Source: Amoebophrya sp. A120 (lineage: Eukaryota; Protista; Dinoflagellata). Taken from it: a DNA stretch of 64,000 bases. Position 1 is the first letter of the stretch; each line of letters begins with the position of its first letter. The position numbers and the translations under genes are program-made. The notes under the pieces are model-generated. The model was given only the letters and a program-made list of their open reading frames with translations. It made no database searches and was not told the DNA's origin. The stretch spans positions 7,494,989-7,558,988 of the forward strand of contig CAJINV010000005.1 of assembly GCA_905178155.1 (NCBI GenBank), in the 5' to 3' direction. Below are positions 39,796-51,360 of this stretch, in pieces.

Positions 39796-42700
39796 ATGGC
39801 ATACGTTTGGCCTGGCGAAGAGGAGGGGCAAGGGGAGAAAGAGACCAAAGGGCGGTCCAGCTCCTCGTCGAAGGCCGGCCGGAGAAAGAAGCGCCGTGCC
39901 TCGAGCTCGGGTCGGAAAAAGGAGAAGAATGCGCGCGAAGGTGACTCGAATTCGTCCACAGCAGGCAGCGTGTTGGAGGACGATGCAGCGTCGGCTTCCG
40001 TTCTCCTCCAGACGCAAATCGCAATGGGCTTCGAAAAAATGAACAAACGCCTGGAGGATTTGGAAGCGCGCCTCGCAGAAATCCAGAGACCGGCCAGCAC
40101 GGCCTATTCTCGGAGCAGCGGGGGGGGGGGGCGGAAGTTTCGCAGCAGCGGCATTTGGAACCCAATCCCGCAAAAGAGCTGAGTGACCAACCGACCGGCC
40201 GGCCCTCGGAAAACGCCAGTGCCCCGCTCGCCTCTGCGATGGTGCAAACGCGCCCCGCCGCTACCGCGGGCGCCCTCGCCGAACTACCTGGGGCGCCCTC
40301 GCCGTTTGATGACGGCCTCCAGACACTCCGCGATGTTGAACCAGTGTGGCATCTCGTGGTACAAGGTCTGGCCCTTGAGGCTATGGTGAAGCCTTTCTTT
40401 GTTGCGGCGTATCCGGGTCTCGTAGGCGAGCCGCAGTATGTTCCCATGATGCTCAAATATTCAACAACGACAGACATGGAGAAACGGGGACATGACGCGA
40501 CCGCCGAAGAGCTCTTTGCTGAAACGCAGGCGAACATTATAAGCTGGGCGGAAGAGTTCGTTCCCCTTTCCGGTTACTCGTTACGCGGGTCCTTCCTGGA
40601 AATCTACCCTCACAAGAAAAAGAGGCCTTTTGGCGAGATCGAGCTGCCAAATAGCCTGGCAGCGGTCACGAGAGTTGTGGACGGTATGCTGCAGATAAAA
40701 AAAGCGTATCCGCAATGAGTTTCTGTTTTACGTGGCTGCGCATAGATGAAAGAGGGGCGGCGCAATGATCGCCCCTGGCCCGCCGCAGGCAGGCGGAGGA
40801 GGGGTCTGCCTGATTATAGTGGGCGCCACCCGCTTGGCGCTATGGTTCCCGCGTTGGTTGTACTTGTTGCGGCGTGGCGATTTTCATGTCTTTAGGCAGG
40901 GGGCGTGCCTAGCTGTGCCCCTTCTGTAGCTAAGCGACTGCGCCGTCTTTTTGTTACGGCGGGCCTCGGGGGGGGGTGGTTCTTTCTAGGCAAGGACGCC
41001 GCGGCGGGCGGACGGAATAAAGCGGGACGCCTTATTTTATTCGGAGCGAGCCGAGCGCCCGTCCGCGCGTGTAGCGCCGCGCGCCATTGCTGCTTTTCTA
41101 TGCCAGTGGCGACAGGCACAGACAGCGCATGGTCGTGGCTGCGCGTAGCCCAATTACTCCGCGGCGCCTTTCTCCGCCGGGGCCGGCCCTCTCGTTCCCA
41201 TACATTGCGAGCTTCGAGGAGGCGGCAGGCCTGATAGGCGTTCCGCGGAGGCGTTTCATTTCCTTCCGACCTGACATGCACCCAACCCACCGGCGCCACG
41301 GATTTTAGTTTCAGCGACGCGGCCGGGCGCGGCAGGGGGCCGGCGGGGCCGGCGGCGTGCGTGCCAGATAGCCGGCCGCCGGGGCGTTTGCTTCGCATGT
41401 TCACGAAATCAGGTAAGGTGGGGCGCCCCGTTGGGTTCGTGTCCTTCTTTTGGGTCGCTGGGGTTTGGGTCGCTGGGGGGATCTTTTATTTTTGGCGATG
41501 TGCCCATGTCCATGCTTCTCATGCTCGTTGGTTGTGGCGTTTGTTCCGCTTAGTTACTCCCTTTGATAGATTGGCTGGCCCAGGGGCGGTTGGCGAACTG
41601 CGATCGGGCCCCCGCGGGTTTTTTGTCAGCTTGGGCCCGCCAGCTCCTGTGTTGTTTACTTGATCAAACGAACCCCCGGGGAAAGGTCCTGCTTGGGCGC
41701 CCGGCCGGTTTGCTCTTTACTAGGAAGGCGCCTTGCTTTCGCGCCATCGCCTGCCTTCGCGTCATCGCCGCAGCAGACCACCCCGCCCCCCGGCGGAAAC
41801 TACTGCCTGGAGGAGGTGCGCCACTTCATCTGGTTTTGGTTGTGATTCCATTCGACGTCGCCAAGGGTGGCGGTCATTGTGTCTTTCATCCTATGTCGGG
41901 CTGCGTTTTTAGGGCCTTTCCCCATCAGAAAAAAGTACCCGACGCCGAATGGCGCAAGGATGTCGCAGAGGCTGCAGTCAAATGCGCGATCGCTGTGTGG
42001 ACGGGTATCGGAATTGCTTTAGGGGTGGCCCCGGAAGCGCGGCGCCCGTGGATTGTCAACCCCGAAGACTGCGGGGGGGAGGAGGTGTCGGCGCATACTG
42101 ATATAAAGGGCCTGGCGGCGGTCGGGATCTACAGCAGCGAACAAGTCCTGGGTCAAAGGCAGCTAAATGAGGCGGGCAAGGCTTTCGTGCTGGCACTTGG
42201 AAAAACCAAATTTTTGTGGTCTGGCCCGAAGTCGGAACAGGATTCCGCTTTCCCAGTTCCCTCAGTCGCGCACCTCCCTGTGAAGAATGCAGTCGAACAC
42301 CTCCTTCCGTATGAGGTGTTCGACTCCCCTAGCCGGACAGACGTTAATGCAGCTGGGACGATAATGAACCCCGGGACAACGTGGCCTCTCCTGACCAGCA
42401 CTGGTTCCGACGAGAAGTTCCTCATATGTCCCGAGACCCAAGATAGCAAAATCTGCAAAATCTGGAAGAAAATTTCATATGGTAGTTAAATTTTGACGGC
42501 CGTGAGAGAGAAGTAAAAACAGGAAGGAGCGCGGTAAGCGCCCACGGCATGCCCATGCGAAGCCTTGTCCTTGTGGGGCTCCGGTTTGCGCTCGTGTTTC
42601 GCTCGTATTTCCGGAAACAAAGCCCGAGCGCCCATCGATGTGAGAGAGCGAGCAAAACCGCTGAGGCAGTCGCGCGGACAAAACTCGGCGCCGCAAGCCG

Positions 42701-44100
42701 CCGCTCAAATTCCCCTGCACTTCGCCCGCCAAAATTCCGCGGCCCGGGGCCCGCCTAAAATCGACGCTGCGCGCCCGCCCCTTGGGCAAAATTTGACGCC
42801 GGGCGCCGCCAATTTTTCCGCAGCGAGCCTCGGGCCCCTGTTCCGCGGCGGAAAATTCAAAATGCAGCTTTGTGAACAACATCGCGAAAATAAACCGCAG
42901 GACCCACAAAAACCCATTGCAGTCGCAATAAAAATCGGCGCGGAGTATTTTTCTATTTTCTCGCCCGCGCCGCCTGTTTTTCAGGTTCGTTTTCGCGATT
43001 TTGTTGCAGCAGTTTAGATTTTTTCTGTTTCGGATTTTTTGTTATCTATTTTGCTTCTTGCTTATTTTTTTTGTTGCGAAATTTTGTTTCGAAATTTTGA
43101 AGCGGACTTTTTTTTCCCGATTTCAATGGGCAAAGTTCGGTCGCGGGCTCTCATGAAAATTTTGTTGCGAGTTTTTTTCGGCATCGGCAAATTTTCTTCT
43201 GCGCGGCTGCGTTTCCAAAGCCCTTTTTTTTACGCTGAAATCCGGAGTAGCATTGAAGCCGTGTTGTGGCTGTCCGGTTCGAGACGATTTTGCACAAGGT
43301 GGAGCACGACCAGCAGATGCCCAACGGAGTCCGATGATCCGGAGTGACTACTTAGAGCCACACCAGGGCGCTTGTGTGATTTCTATTTTCGTTTCTCCAA
43401 TTCATTTCCCGACTTTGTTATCTTGGTTCTCCGGGACATATGACGGCCGTGGACATGTTGCCGGACGTGATTTCGCTAGCGTCCAGAACCACCAAACAAG
43501 CCCGGGAACGCGTGTACGCATATCTCGCCCAACAAAACGCTGCGCGCCGTACCCCGACGCCAGGCAGTACTGGCGGGAGCGGCTGCGCTGAAGATGGCAT
43601 AGTCATGCCATACAGGCCCGGCCCCATGGCGGAAGGCGGGACGGGGTCCGGCTCGGGGACCAGCGACGCCACAAGCACCCTCTGTGTTCGCGTTCCGGGT
43701 TTCGATCTTGCTCGGCGCGAGGCAGCCGCACCACCCCCCGAGGACAGGCCCGGTTGATTGTTGAAAGCTGGCGCCGCGCGATGTAATCCTCCGTCCAGGG
43801 GGCAACGCATTGGCTCGGGGCCGGTTAGTAATGTTTCCAATGTACGCGGTTGCACCTGTTGAGAAGCCTGCGCGCCGCAGCCGGACAGAACGTAAAAAGA
43901 ACAGGAAAAAAGTGCAGCGGTTTGATTTTTTAAGGCAACGCACTGCCAGCAGCTGCGCCCACCTGCCAAAGCAGGCATCTCTTATAGCTTCCTTCGTGGT
44001 GTTGCTGCTGATGGTAGCTACCAGACATTTTTTTAGTAAGGATTTTTGGTTGCGCATATTGTCGACTCCGCATTGGCCTTCTGAATCTGAAGACTGATTG
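39796..44100 (+). other. GC-rich, introner-free block with frameshifted coiled-coil ORF and further ORFs; probable decayed mobile element
   Basis: ORFs 39796-40182/40155-40718 (break near a G-run) and 41563-42489; no recognisable RT/transposase motif. Confidence 0.4.
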
Positions 44101-44182
44101 TACCCAAAGCCGGCACGAAATGGGGGCCCGCCGGCGCTAGAAGTAGTTTGCTTGTTAGAAGCAAAAGGCTGAAGTTCGATGA

Positions 44183-44683
44183 TATCCACAGAAATTTTAC
44201 CGCCACCGCCAAAAGTAGCACTTCTTCATGGAAATAAAGACAAAAATTAAAATAAGTCCCTAGCTTATTTGATGCTGATCATGTGGTAAATTATGTATGC
44301 TATGAGGGTAGCTGAAGTGGTGTCCTAGTGGAGCGCAGTAAAAAATATCTAACTAGCTAGGCCCATTCGTCAGGAGGCTCGTCAATAGCCGCAAACCCGG
44401 AGGGCAGGAGCTGGCTGGCGGTCAGGACGGCTGCTGGCCCCACATGGGGCCAGCAGCAGTCTACAGCGGCGAACAGGTGCTGCGGGACTCGGGCGTCGCC
44501 TTCTTCACCAGGATCGCTGTTTGCGCCTAGCTAGTTTATCCTCAGTTGCGTTTACCTAATGCGCTTCCACTGGACGTCACTAGCTGCTTCGAGCTACTAC
44601 TGCAAATCTTTTCGCTTTTTTTTTTCAAAAAAGCCGATGTCTTTGCGCTATTTTTGGCGGTGGCGGTAAAATTTCTGTGGATA
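44183..44683. mobile_element. 501-bp TAT..ATA TIR element (atypical introner/MITE)
   Basis: TIR tatccacagaaattttaccgccaccgccaaaa; TSD gatga/gacga. Confidence 0.8.
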
Positions 44684-45877
44684 GACGAGAGAGCAAGTAA
44701 CAGCGGTCCGAAGATGGAGACGCAGCTAAAAAAGAAACTTAGCGAACTCAGCTATTGTTGCAGTGGAGAAGGAGGGTGCGCCCCCATTGTTTTTTTTCTT
44801 GTCACGAGCCTCTATTATATCATACACATATTCCTCGCATTCCTTCCAGTTCCAGCGACGTGGTCGTAGCTACTTGTCTTGATATTTATATAGGCGGGAT
44901 CCAGAAAATGAAAAATGACTTTCCGGAGGACAAGAGCGAGCGCCATTTTTTACCTATTATATGCTACATGACTGACTAGCACACGACAACGAACTTACTA
45001 GACTGCTTCTTCAAGGCAGGCTGCGTCGTGGATTCGGTCGCCGGGAGGAATCCACGACCACGCAGCCGCTTCGTTTGATTTCGAAAGCCTACCTTCATGC
45101 TTATATTTCAAAGCTTGCGTCGAGATTTCTCATGAAAATGTCCACACTTAATAATTAAAAGTCACTTTGAGTTTGATTTTCGCCAAAATCTTCTGTGTGT
45201 CGCAGCCTTTGTAGCCCTGAAGATACGCATACAGCTTTATATTGTTTCTTCCGACGAGCAAGAATGGTCGGAACTACGTCGATGTAAGTGAGGAGCAGGT
45301 CTTAGTGTCAGTAAACTCAAATTGTGGCACTTTCCCTGTAGATCTTCATGGCTGTTTTTCCCGAAAAATCAAGTAAAATGACTCTGCTTCATCCCTTCAT
45401 GAGACATCGGCGCTCGTCAGTTGACAAGGATCCAGATTCATTACCGGCAAGATTCTGTGTTTGGCGAGACCTGTAGGCTCTTGCGAGTAGATGTCACAAC
45501 AAGATAGCACCAGCAAGCAAACAAACATGATAATGGGGCAAAACACTGAAAAAAAGATCTCCGGAAGAACACGTGGCAAAGGATCTCAGCATTCTTAGCG
45601 CTTTGGGTAAGTACAAAGATTACACGACTTCAAGATGATCGGATAGTTACTCTCTGCCAGAACTTTTGTGCAAAGATGGCGGTCGCCGTAGGTTTGAGCA
45701 CAAGCTCTTGTTATTTCCAATGATCGTTTCCGCAGACTTTCTTACTGATATTTGCAACAGCGAAATACAAACTCAAACAAGAGACGTGATATCTTCGACC
45801 CCTGTATTATCTCCTGTACCTGTATTCCTTTAGTTTGTTTTCCTCGTATTTCAGTCCAACCAAAAAACCTGTCCAAA

Positions 45878-48800
45878 ATGTCGAACGGCGACAACGGTTC
45901 CAAAGAGGCCAAAGCGCTGGAAAAGGAGCGCAAGGCCATCGAAAAGATCATGAACGAGTCCGACGACATGTTTTGCGGGTTTGTGAAGCTGCAAATCCTG
46001 GACCAAGACGCCTACCCTCGGCAGATCAAGGGTGCAGACATCGGTGGGGTTGTGCATGTCGAGAAGAAGGTATGAGAGTGCGTAAGCAGTCCCGCTCCAC
46101 CCAATCTTCTGAGGGGTAAAGATGCTGTTCAGCAACACAACCAACAGCAGAAATGACACTTTTGCATGACAAATCCTAATCCACGCATGTGCCGTAGTGT
46201 GGAGTTTCGAATGTAGTTCTTGGAGCTTGTCATGCAAGGTAGTGCTCCGAGGCAGTATTTTGAGGTTCACGTTGTGTTTTTGCATCATTACAAACGAAGG
46301 TAAGAGGGAGTTCTTGCGCCCTCTCATAGAAGGAAGGCGGCAAAGTCTTCCTGAAGGCAACCTTTTCGGCGAATCCGCTGTTTTACCTGGAGTTGCAACG
46401 TGACAACAACATGTTTCTGGCTGGCGAAATGTGGTACGGAGACGCGATATTGAGAGGAAAAATTCCCCCTCACCATATTGAAAAGGTATGTTTCCGAAAA
46501 TTTGCGTTGCTGATTTGTGGCCACAAATCAGGTTTGTCTTGCAAGAAGACAAGTGCAGAGGCATCCGCCCAATTGTGAAGCGATTTGGCATTCTCTTGGT
46601 CCTAGAGGGTAGCCGTTTGCAATGCTGAACAACTAGACCTGAGTGCTCCCACCCAGGCTGCGGATCTGGCAGGGGTGCCGTACTGCAAGACAAGTCGGAG
46701 TTGTGTACAGAAATCTGCATCAGAAATTTTCATTTTGATATGGGGAGGGGGGATTTTTCATTTCGATACGCGAAGCGCGGGCCCACGAACCTGATTGGCA
46801 AGCTGATTCCGAAATCCTGTATGGAAAGAAAAAAACACGCATCACAAGCTACCACATCCGCACTTTTTGATTTTTATTGGTGCTTTTGCAATGCAAGAAG
46901 ATCTTCTCTCACACACTTAACAAAATGTGACTCTTCAGAGTGAAGCCCTGTACTGAATTCCTTGATCATAATTCTGCAATACAAGAAAAAAAAAAAATGA
47001 ATTTGTAAATGCGACTGAGAGCTGTGTTAGCGTTTCTCATGCAAAACTATCATGCAAAAGACCCGTGTAGAACTCGAGAATTGAAATTCTTGTGGCGATG
47101 GTGTTTTTGTTTTCCCTTCCATACCCTGCGAGCAGATCGTGAACCTGATGGACAAGATATCACAGGAGAAAGTGTTAACGTTAACGGAATCTGTGATGCA
47201 GTAATGCATCAAAAAACGTGCCCAAATTTGTCATGCATAGCGTGCGCGCTAGGAAACATTTGTCATGCATACTCGCAATCTATGAAAACCGTTAAGGTTA
47301 GCGCTTTTTTGTTTGATACAAGACCAAGGAACAGGAATTCACGATGAAGATGTATCGCAAGAAAAAACTGTTTCACTGTGAACTTGTGATGCAGAGAATG
47401 GAGCACAGAACGATTTGTCTTGCTACACCTGCAAGACATTGGATTTTTCAGCGTGTTTTCCCTTGGGAAGCCCGCATGGCAAATTTTCTGTGTCATGTGT
47501 AACAAACTTGTGATGCAGATCTTGCAAGATCATCACAGTGAAACAGTTTTTTCGTGGGATAAGATGGTATGAAAGTGCCCAACGAACTCGCTTTATTCCC
47601 CTCCAGTTTGTCATGCAAAGAAACAAATCCAACCTTTCCCTCGTAGTGCTGTTTGCATGACAGATTCTGGCAGACTAACTACAATGCCGACGTGCTGTGA
47701 ATTATCATGCAAAACCTGCACGCTTCCCAACGTTTCTATTGCTGTTCATGCAAATTTACAATCGACTTCGAGGGGGAGTTCTTCGCTGCGCTCTTTTATA
47801 GATGGAGATGCCCTATGAACTGCAAAAGTATCGTACTCGTATAAATGCATTACAAATTTTCCCAGCATGAGAAAGATAATTTGTAATGCTGATTTGCCTT
47901 GACAAAGAAATTACTATCTAAACTGCAACATCTGGTCAAAAATGCATGCGAGGGGTATGTTCGGGGGTATGTTCGGGGGTGTGTCAGGGGTATGCAAATG
48001 GAAGTCAATCACGACCTGAATACAAATTTTTGGCGAAAAAGCAGAAGGTGGGGTATAAACATACCCCAGACACACCCCAGACACACCCCAGACATACCCC
48101 AGACAGACCCCCGAACACACCCCAGGCAAAAAGTCCGAACATACCCCAGACACACCCCAGACACACCCCGGGCAGACTTTCGAACACACCCCGGGCAGAC
48201 TTTCGGACACACCCCGGGCAGACTTTCGGACACACCCCGGCCAAGCTTTCGGACTTTGTCATGTGGGGTCTGGACCCGAAGCCCAGTCTGTCACGCGAGA
48301 CCGCGCGGCCAAGGGGCGATCGAAAGCCCTAGGTCAGCGCGGGGACTATGTCCCCGCGCCATGACCTAGGGGCCAGCTGCGGGCGCTTCGCCCCCGGACA
48401 CCGTGCGGCCGAGGCCAAGGGGCGAAAGCCCTAGGCCAGCGCGGGGACTCGGTCCCCGCGTCATGGCCTAGGGGCCAGCTGTGAGCGCTTCCATCGATCC
48501 CGGGGGGGCACCGTGCGGCCAAGGGGCGAAAGCCCTAGGCCAGCGCGGGGACTCGGTCCCCGCGTCATGGCCAAGGGGCCAGCTTTGAGCGCTCCCTCCC
48601 CGGACACCGCGCGGCCAAGGAAGGGGCGAAAGCCCTAGGCCAGCGCGGGGACTCGGTCCCCGCGTCATGGCCTAGGGGCCAGCTGCACGCCCTTCCCGGA
48701 CACAGTGCGGCCAACGCACGGGCGAAGGCCCTACCTAGGCCAGCGCGGGGACTCGGTCCCCGCGCGCCATGGCCTAGGGGCCTGCTGTAAGCGCTCCCCG

Positions 48801-51360
48801 GACACCGTGCGGCCAAGGGGCGAAAGCCCTAGGCCAGCGCGGGGACTCGGTCCCCGCGTCATGGCCTAGGGGCCAGCTTTGAGCGCTCCCTCCCCGGACA
48901 CCGCGCGGCCAAGGAAGGGGCGTGCGAAAGCCCTAGGCCAGCGCGGGGACTCGGTCCCCGCGTCATGGTCTAGGGGCCAGCTGCAAGCGCTTCCCGGACA
49001 CCGTGCGGCCAAGGGGCGATCGAAAGCCCTAGGCCAGCGCGGGGACTCGGACCCCGCGTCATGGCCTAGGGGCCAGCTGTATGCGCTCCCCGGGGGCCGT
49101 GCGGCCAAGGGGTGAAAGCCCTAGGCCAGCGCGGGGACTCGGTCCCCGCGCCATGGCCTAGGGGCCAGCTGCAAGCGCTTTCGTTCCGGACACCGTGCGG
49201 CCAAGGGGCGAAAGCCCTAGGCCAGCGCGGGGACTCGGTCGGCCCCCGCGCCATGGCCTAGGGGCCAGCTCTGGGCGGGCGTCCCCCGGACACCGTGCGG
49301 CCAAGGGGCGAAAGCCCTAGGCCAGCGCGGGGACTCGGTCCCCGCGTCATGGCCTAGGGGCAAGCTGCGAGCGCTTCCCGGACACCGTGTGGCCAAGGGG
49401 CGAAAACCCTAGGCCAACGCGGGGACTCGGTGGGCCCCCGCGTCATGGCCTAGGGGCCAGCTGCAGCCAAGCGCTTCCCGGACACCGTGCGGCCAAGGGG
49501 CGAAAGCCCTAGGCCAGCGCGGGGATTGGTCCCCGCGTCATGGCCTAGGTGCCAGCTGTGAGCGCCCCCCGGACACCGTGCGGCCAAGGGGCGGAAACCC
49601 TAGGCCAACGCGGGGACTCGGTCCCCGCGTCATGGCCTCTCGGACGCGGTGCAGCCAAGCAAGGGGCGAAAGCCCTAGGCCAGCGCGGGGACTCGGTCCC
49701 CGCGTCATGGCCTAGGTGCCAGCTGTGAGCGCCCCCCGGACACCGTGTGGCCAAGGGGCGGAAACCCTAGGCCAACGCGGGGACTCGGTCCCCGCGTCAT
49801 GGCCTAGGGGCCAGCTGGGACGGAGCGCTCCCCGGACACCGTGCGGCCAAGGGGCGGAAACCCTAGGCCAGCGCGGGGACTCGGTGGGTGGGTCGGTCCC
49901 CGCGGCATGGCCTAGGGGCTAGCTACGAACACGGCCCGGGGGGGAACCACACCGCGCGGCCAAGGAAGGGGCAAAGAAAAATCCTAGGGCAATGTGGGGA
50001 CTCTGTCCCCGCGCCATGACCTGGGGGCCGGCTCCAGACCCGGCGCCCGTTTCTTCTTTTCTTTTTATCTTTGCGCGCGGCAGGTTAATGAATCTAGTGC
50101 GCGCAAGCAAGGGAGCCGCGTCCGCAGGCCCGTCGCGGGTCATTGAATGCAAGGCGCACCGAGATAACTAGCTGCGAGCGACCTTTCTGCCCCGTGCCAC
50201 CGCACAGACAAATGCCGGAAGGTCGCTGCACGGGGACTCTGTCCCCGTGCTCGGGCCTTGTTTGTAATGCAAGACCTGCATTTATACGAGTGCGATACTT
50301 TTGCACAGCATATGCCCTTCCTGAAGGACGCTCCGAACCGCCTGGCTCCGCTTATGGCGTTCTCAACTGTTACATTCTCAGCTGTTTCATGGTTTGTCAT
50401 GCAAATTCACAAGCAGAAAGCTCGATGCGATCAAGCTGCTTCGCATGACAAATTCTCAGAGGCCTCAGCAGGCTGATACTCTGCACCAAATCTGTCATGC
50501 AAGACGCGCAAGGTCCCCCGTTTCACTTTTGCCATTCTTGCATTACAGATTCATGTAACAGTTGAGAATGTAACGATTGAGAACCCCATACCGCTGCACG
50601 TGGTCACGAGAGAAGAAAAGTTCGTCACCAAAGTGGCTTCGATATGGCGGAAGAAAAGTTTGGGGTGTTAGGTCACAGCGAGTTTTTCGAGGAAAATTGA
50701 TTCCTGAGCAGTGGGCTTGCAGATCATCTACATGTTCTGATTCAGATTTTTTTGCAGAGGAACGAACAAATTCGAATTTGATATAAAGCAAAAAAATGGA
50801 GATTTTGACAGCAATTTGATTACCAATTTGTTTCGTGTACCTCTACCACGCGCTAATACCCCGTGTTTTCACTCCTTTCGATACTCCGTCTGCTTGGAAC
50901 TCGGCGAAAACGAATGGAAGGAGTGGAAAGAGTACAGTTTTTGTTCCGGGAGACCAAAATTTTTACTTTTCATTTTTCGTAATCAAAATTTATATTACTT
51001 GACTTTGTAATGCGTGGGAAAAGCAACCTTTCGTGTCGTAGATGTAGTGGCGCAGACGCATCCATTTTGATTTTGAGGCTAGGGCTACTTGTTTGCGCCA
51101 GACAAACCCAAATTTGAAAAAGAAAAATAACCAACAAGGTACCGTGTGCGATTCTGGAAGCAGACCAAGGCCTGGGGTGCTTCTCCCGGAGATATCCAGG
51201 AAAAAACACCCATCCCCATCCATTTTCTGCATGACACATAGTGGATCTTATGCATGTTTTGCATGACAAATTGGATGGGGATGGGTGTTTTTTCCTGGAT
51301 AGGAGACGGCGGAGACGAAGACGACAAGAAGAAGGATGAAGGCGCAGACAAGAAAGAGTA
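45878..51360 (+). CDS. ~190-aa hypothetical beta-rich protein split by 9 introners
   Basis: Reconstructed MSNGDNGSKEAKALEKERKAIEKIMNESDDMFCGFVKLQILDQDAYPRQIKGADIGGVVHVEKKEGGKVFLKATFSANPLFYLELQRDNNMFLAGEMWYGDAKRGPTNLIGKLIPKSCEQIVNLMDKTKEQEFTMKMEMPFLKDAPNRLAPLHV..YRVRFWKQTKAWGASPGDGGDEDDKKKDEGADKKE*. Confidence 0.75.
46071..46328. mobile_element. Introner (tatgagagtgc family)
   Basis: TIRs; TSD gaagg. Confidence 0.85.
46448..46768. mobile_element. Introner (tattgagaggaaaa family)
   Basis: TIRs; TSD cgcga. Confidence 0.85.
46820..47123. mobile_element. Introner (tatggaa..aaaacac family)
   Basis: TIRs; TSD tcctg/ccctg. Confidence 0.8.
47158..47318. mobile_element. Introner (tatcacagg family)
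   Basis: TIRs; TSD caaga. Confidence 0.8.
47353..47561. mobile_element. Introner family E
   Basis: TIRs; TSD agatg. Confidence 0.85.
47568..47800. mobile_element. Introner adjacent to the previous one
   Basis: TIRs; TSD gatgg, overlapping the previous TSD. Confidence 0.8.
47951..48255. repeat. 11-12 bp (acacaccccag) and ~23-bp (acacaccccgggcagactttcgg) minisatellites, with an inverted ggggtatgttc block
   Basis: Direct reading. Confidence 0.85.
48301..50030. repeat. Tandem array of ~18 GC-rich, palindromic ~97-bp units
   Basis: Unit ggccaaggggcgaaagccctaggccagcgcggggactcggtccccgcgtcatggcctaggggccagct[variable]ccggacaccgtgc. Confidence 0.95.
50353..50590. mobile_element. Introner family F
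   Basis: TIRs; TSD ccgct; empty site in the copy near 55389. Confidence 0.85.
51193..51301. mobile_element. Introner family G (109 bp)
   Basis: Perfect 29-bp TIR; TSD ggaga. Confidence 0.9.

Larger units (their letters stand above)
47913..50260 (+). mobile_element. Helentron/DINE-1-like non-autonomous element (HINE-like)
   Basis: Inserted in a TT run (empty site gaaatttgtaatgc near 55297); ends ..CTTG(TT); subterminal hairpin gcacggggac-tct-gtccccgtgc (50228-50250); internal minisatellites. Confidence 0.6.
47814..50312. mobile_element. Introner family B with nested 2.35-kb insertion
   Basis: TSD tgccc; uninterrupted 149-bp counterpart at 55205-55353. Confidence 0.85.

Noticed and set aside
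41563-42489. DNA cytosine methyltransferase or transposase
   Set aside because: No FxGxG, PC or ENV motifs and no DDE or RT motif recognised.
48301-50030. Hammerhead ribozyme or CRISPR array
   Set aside because: GAAA is present but there is no CUGANGA core, and the variable segments are related to each other rather than unique spacers.
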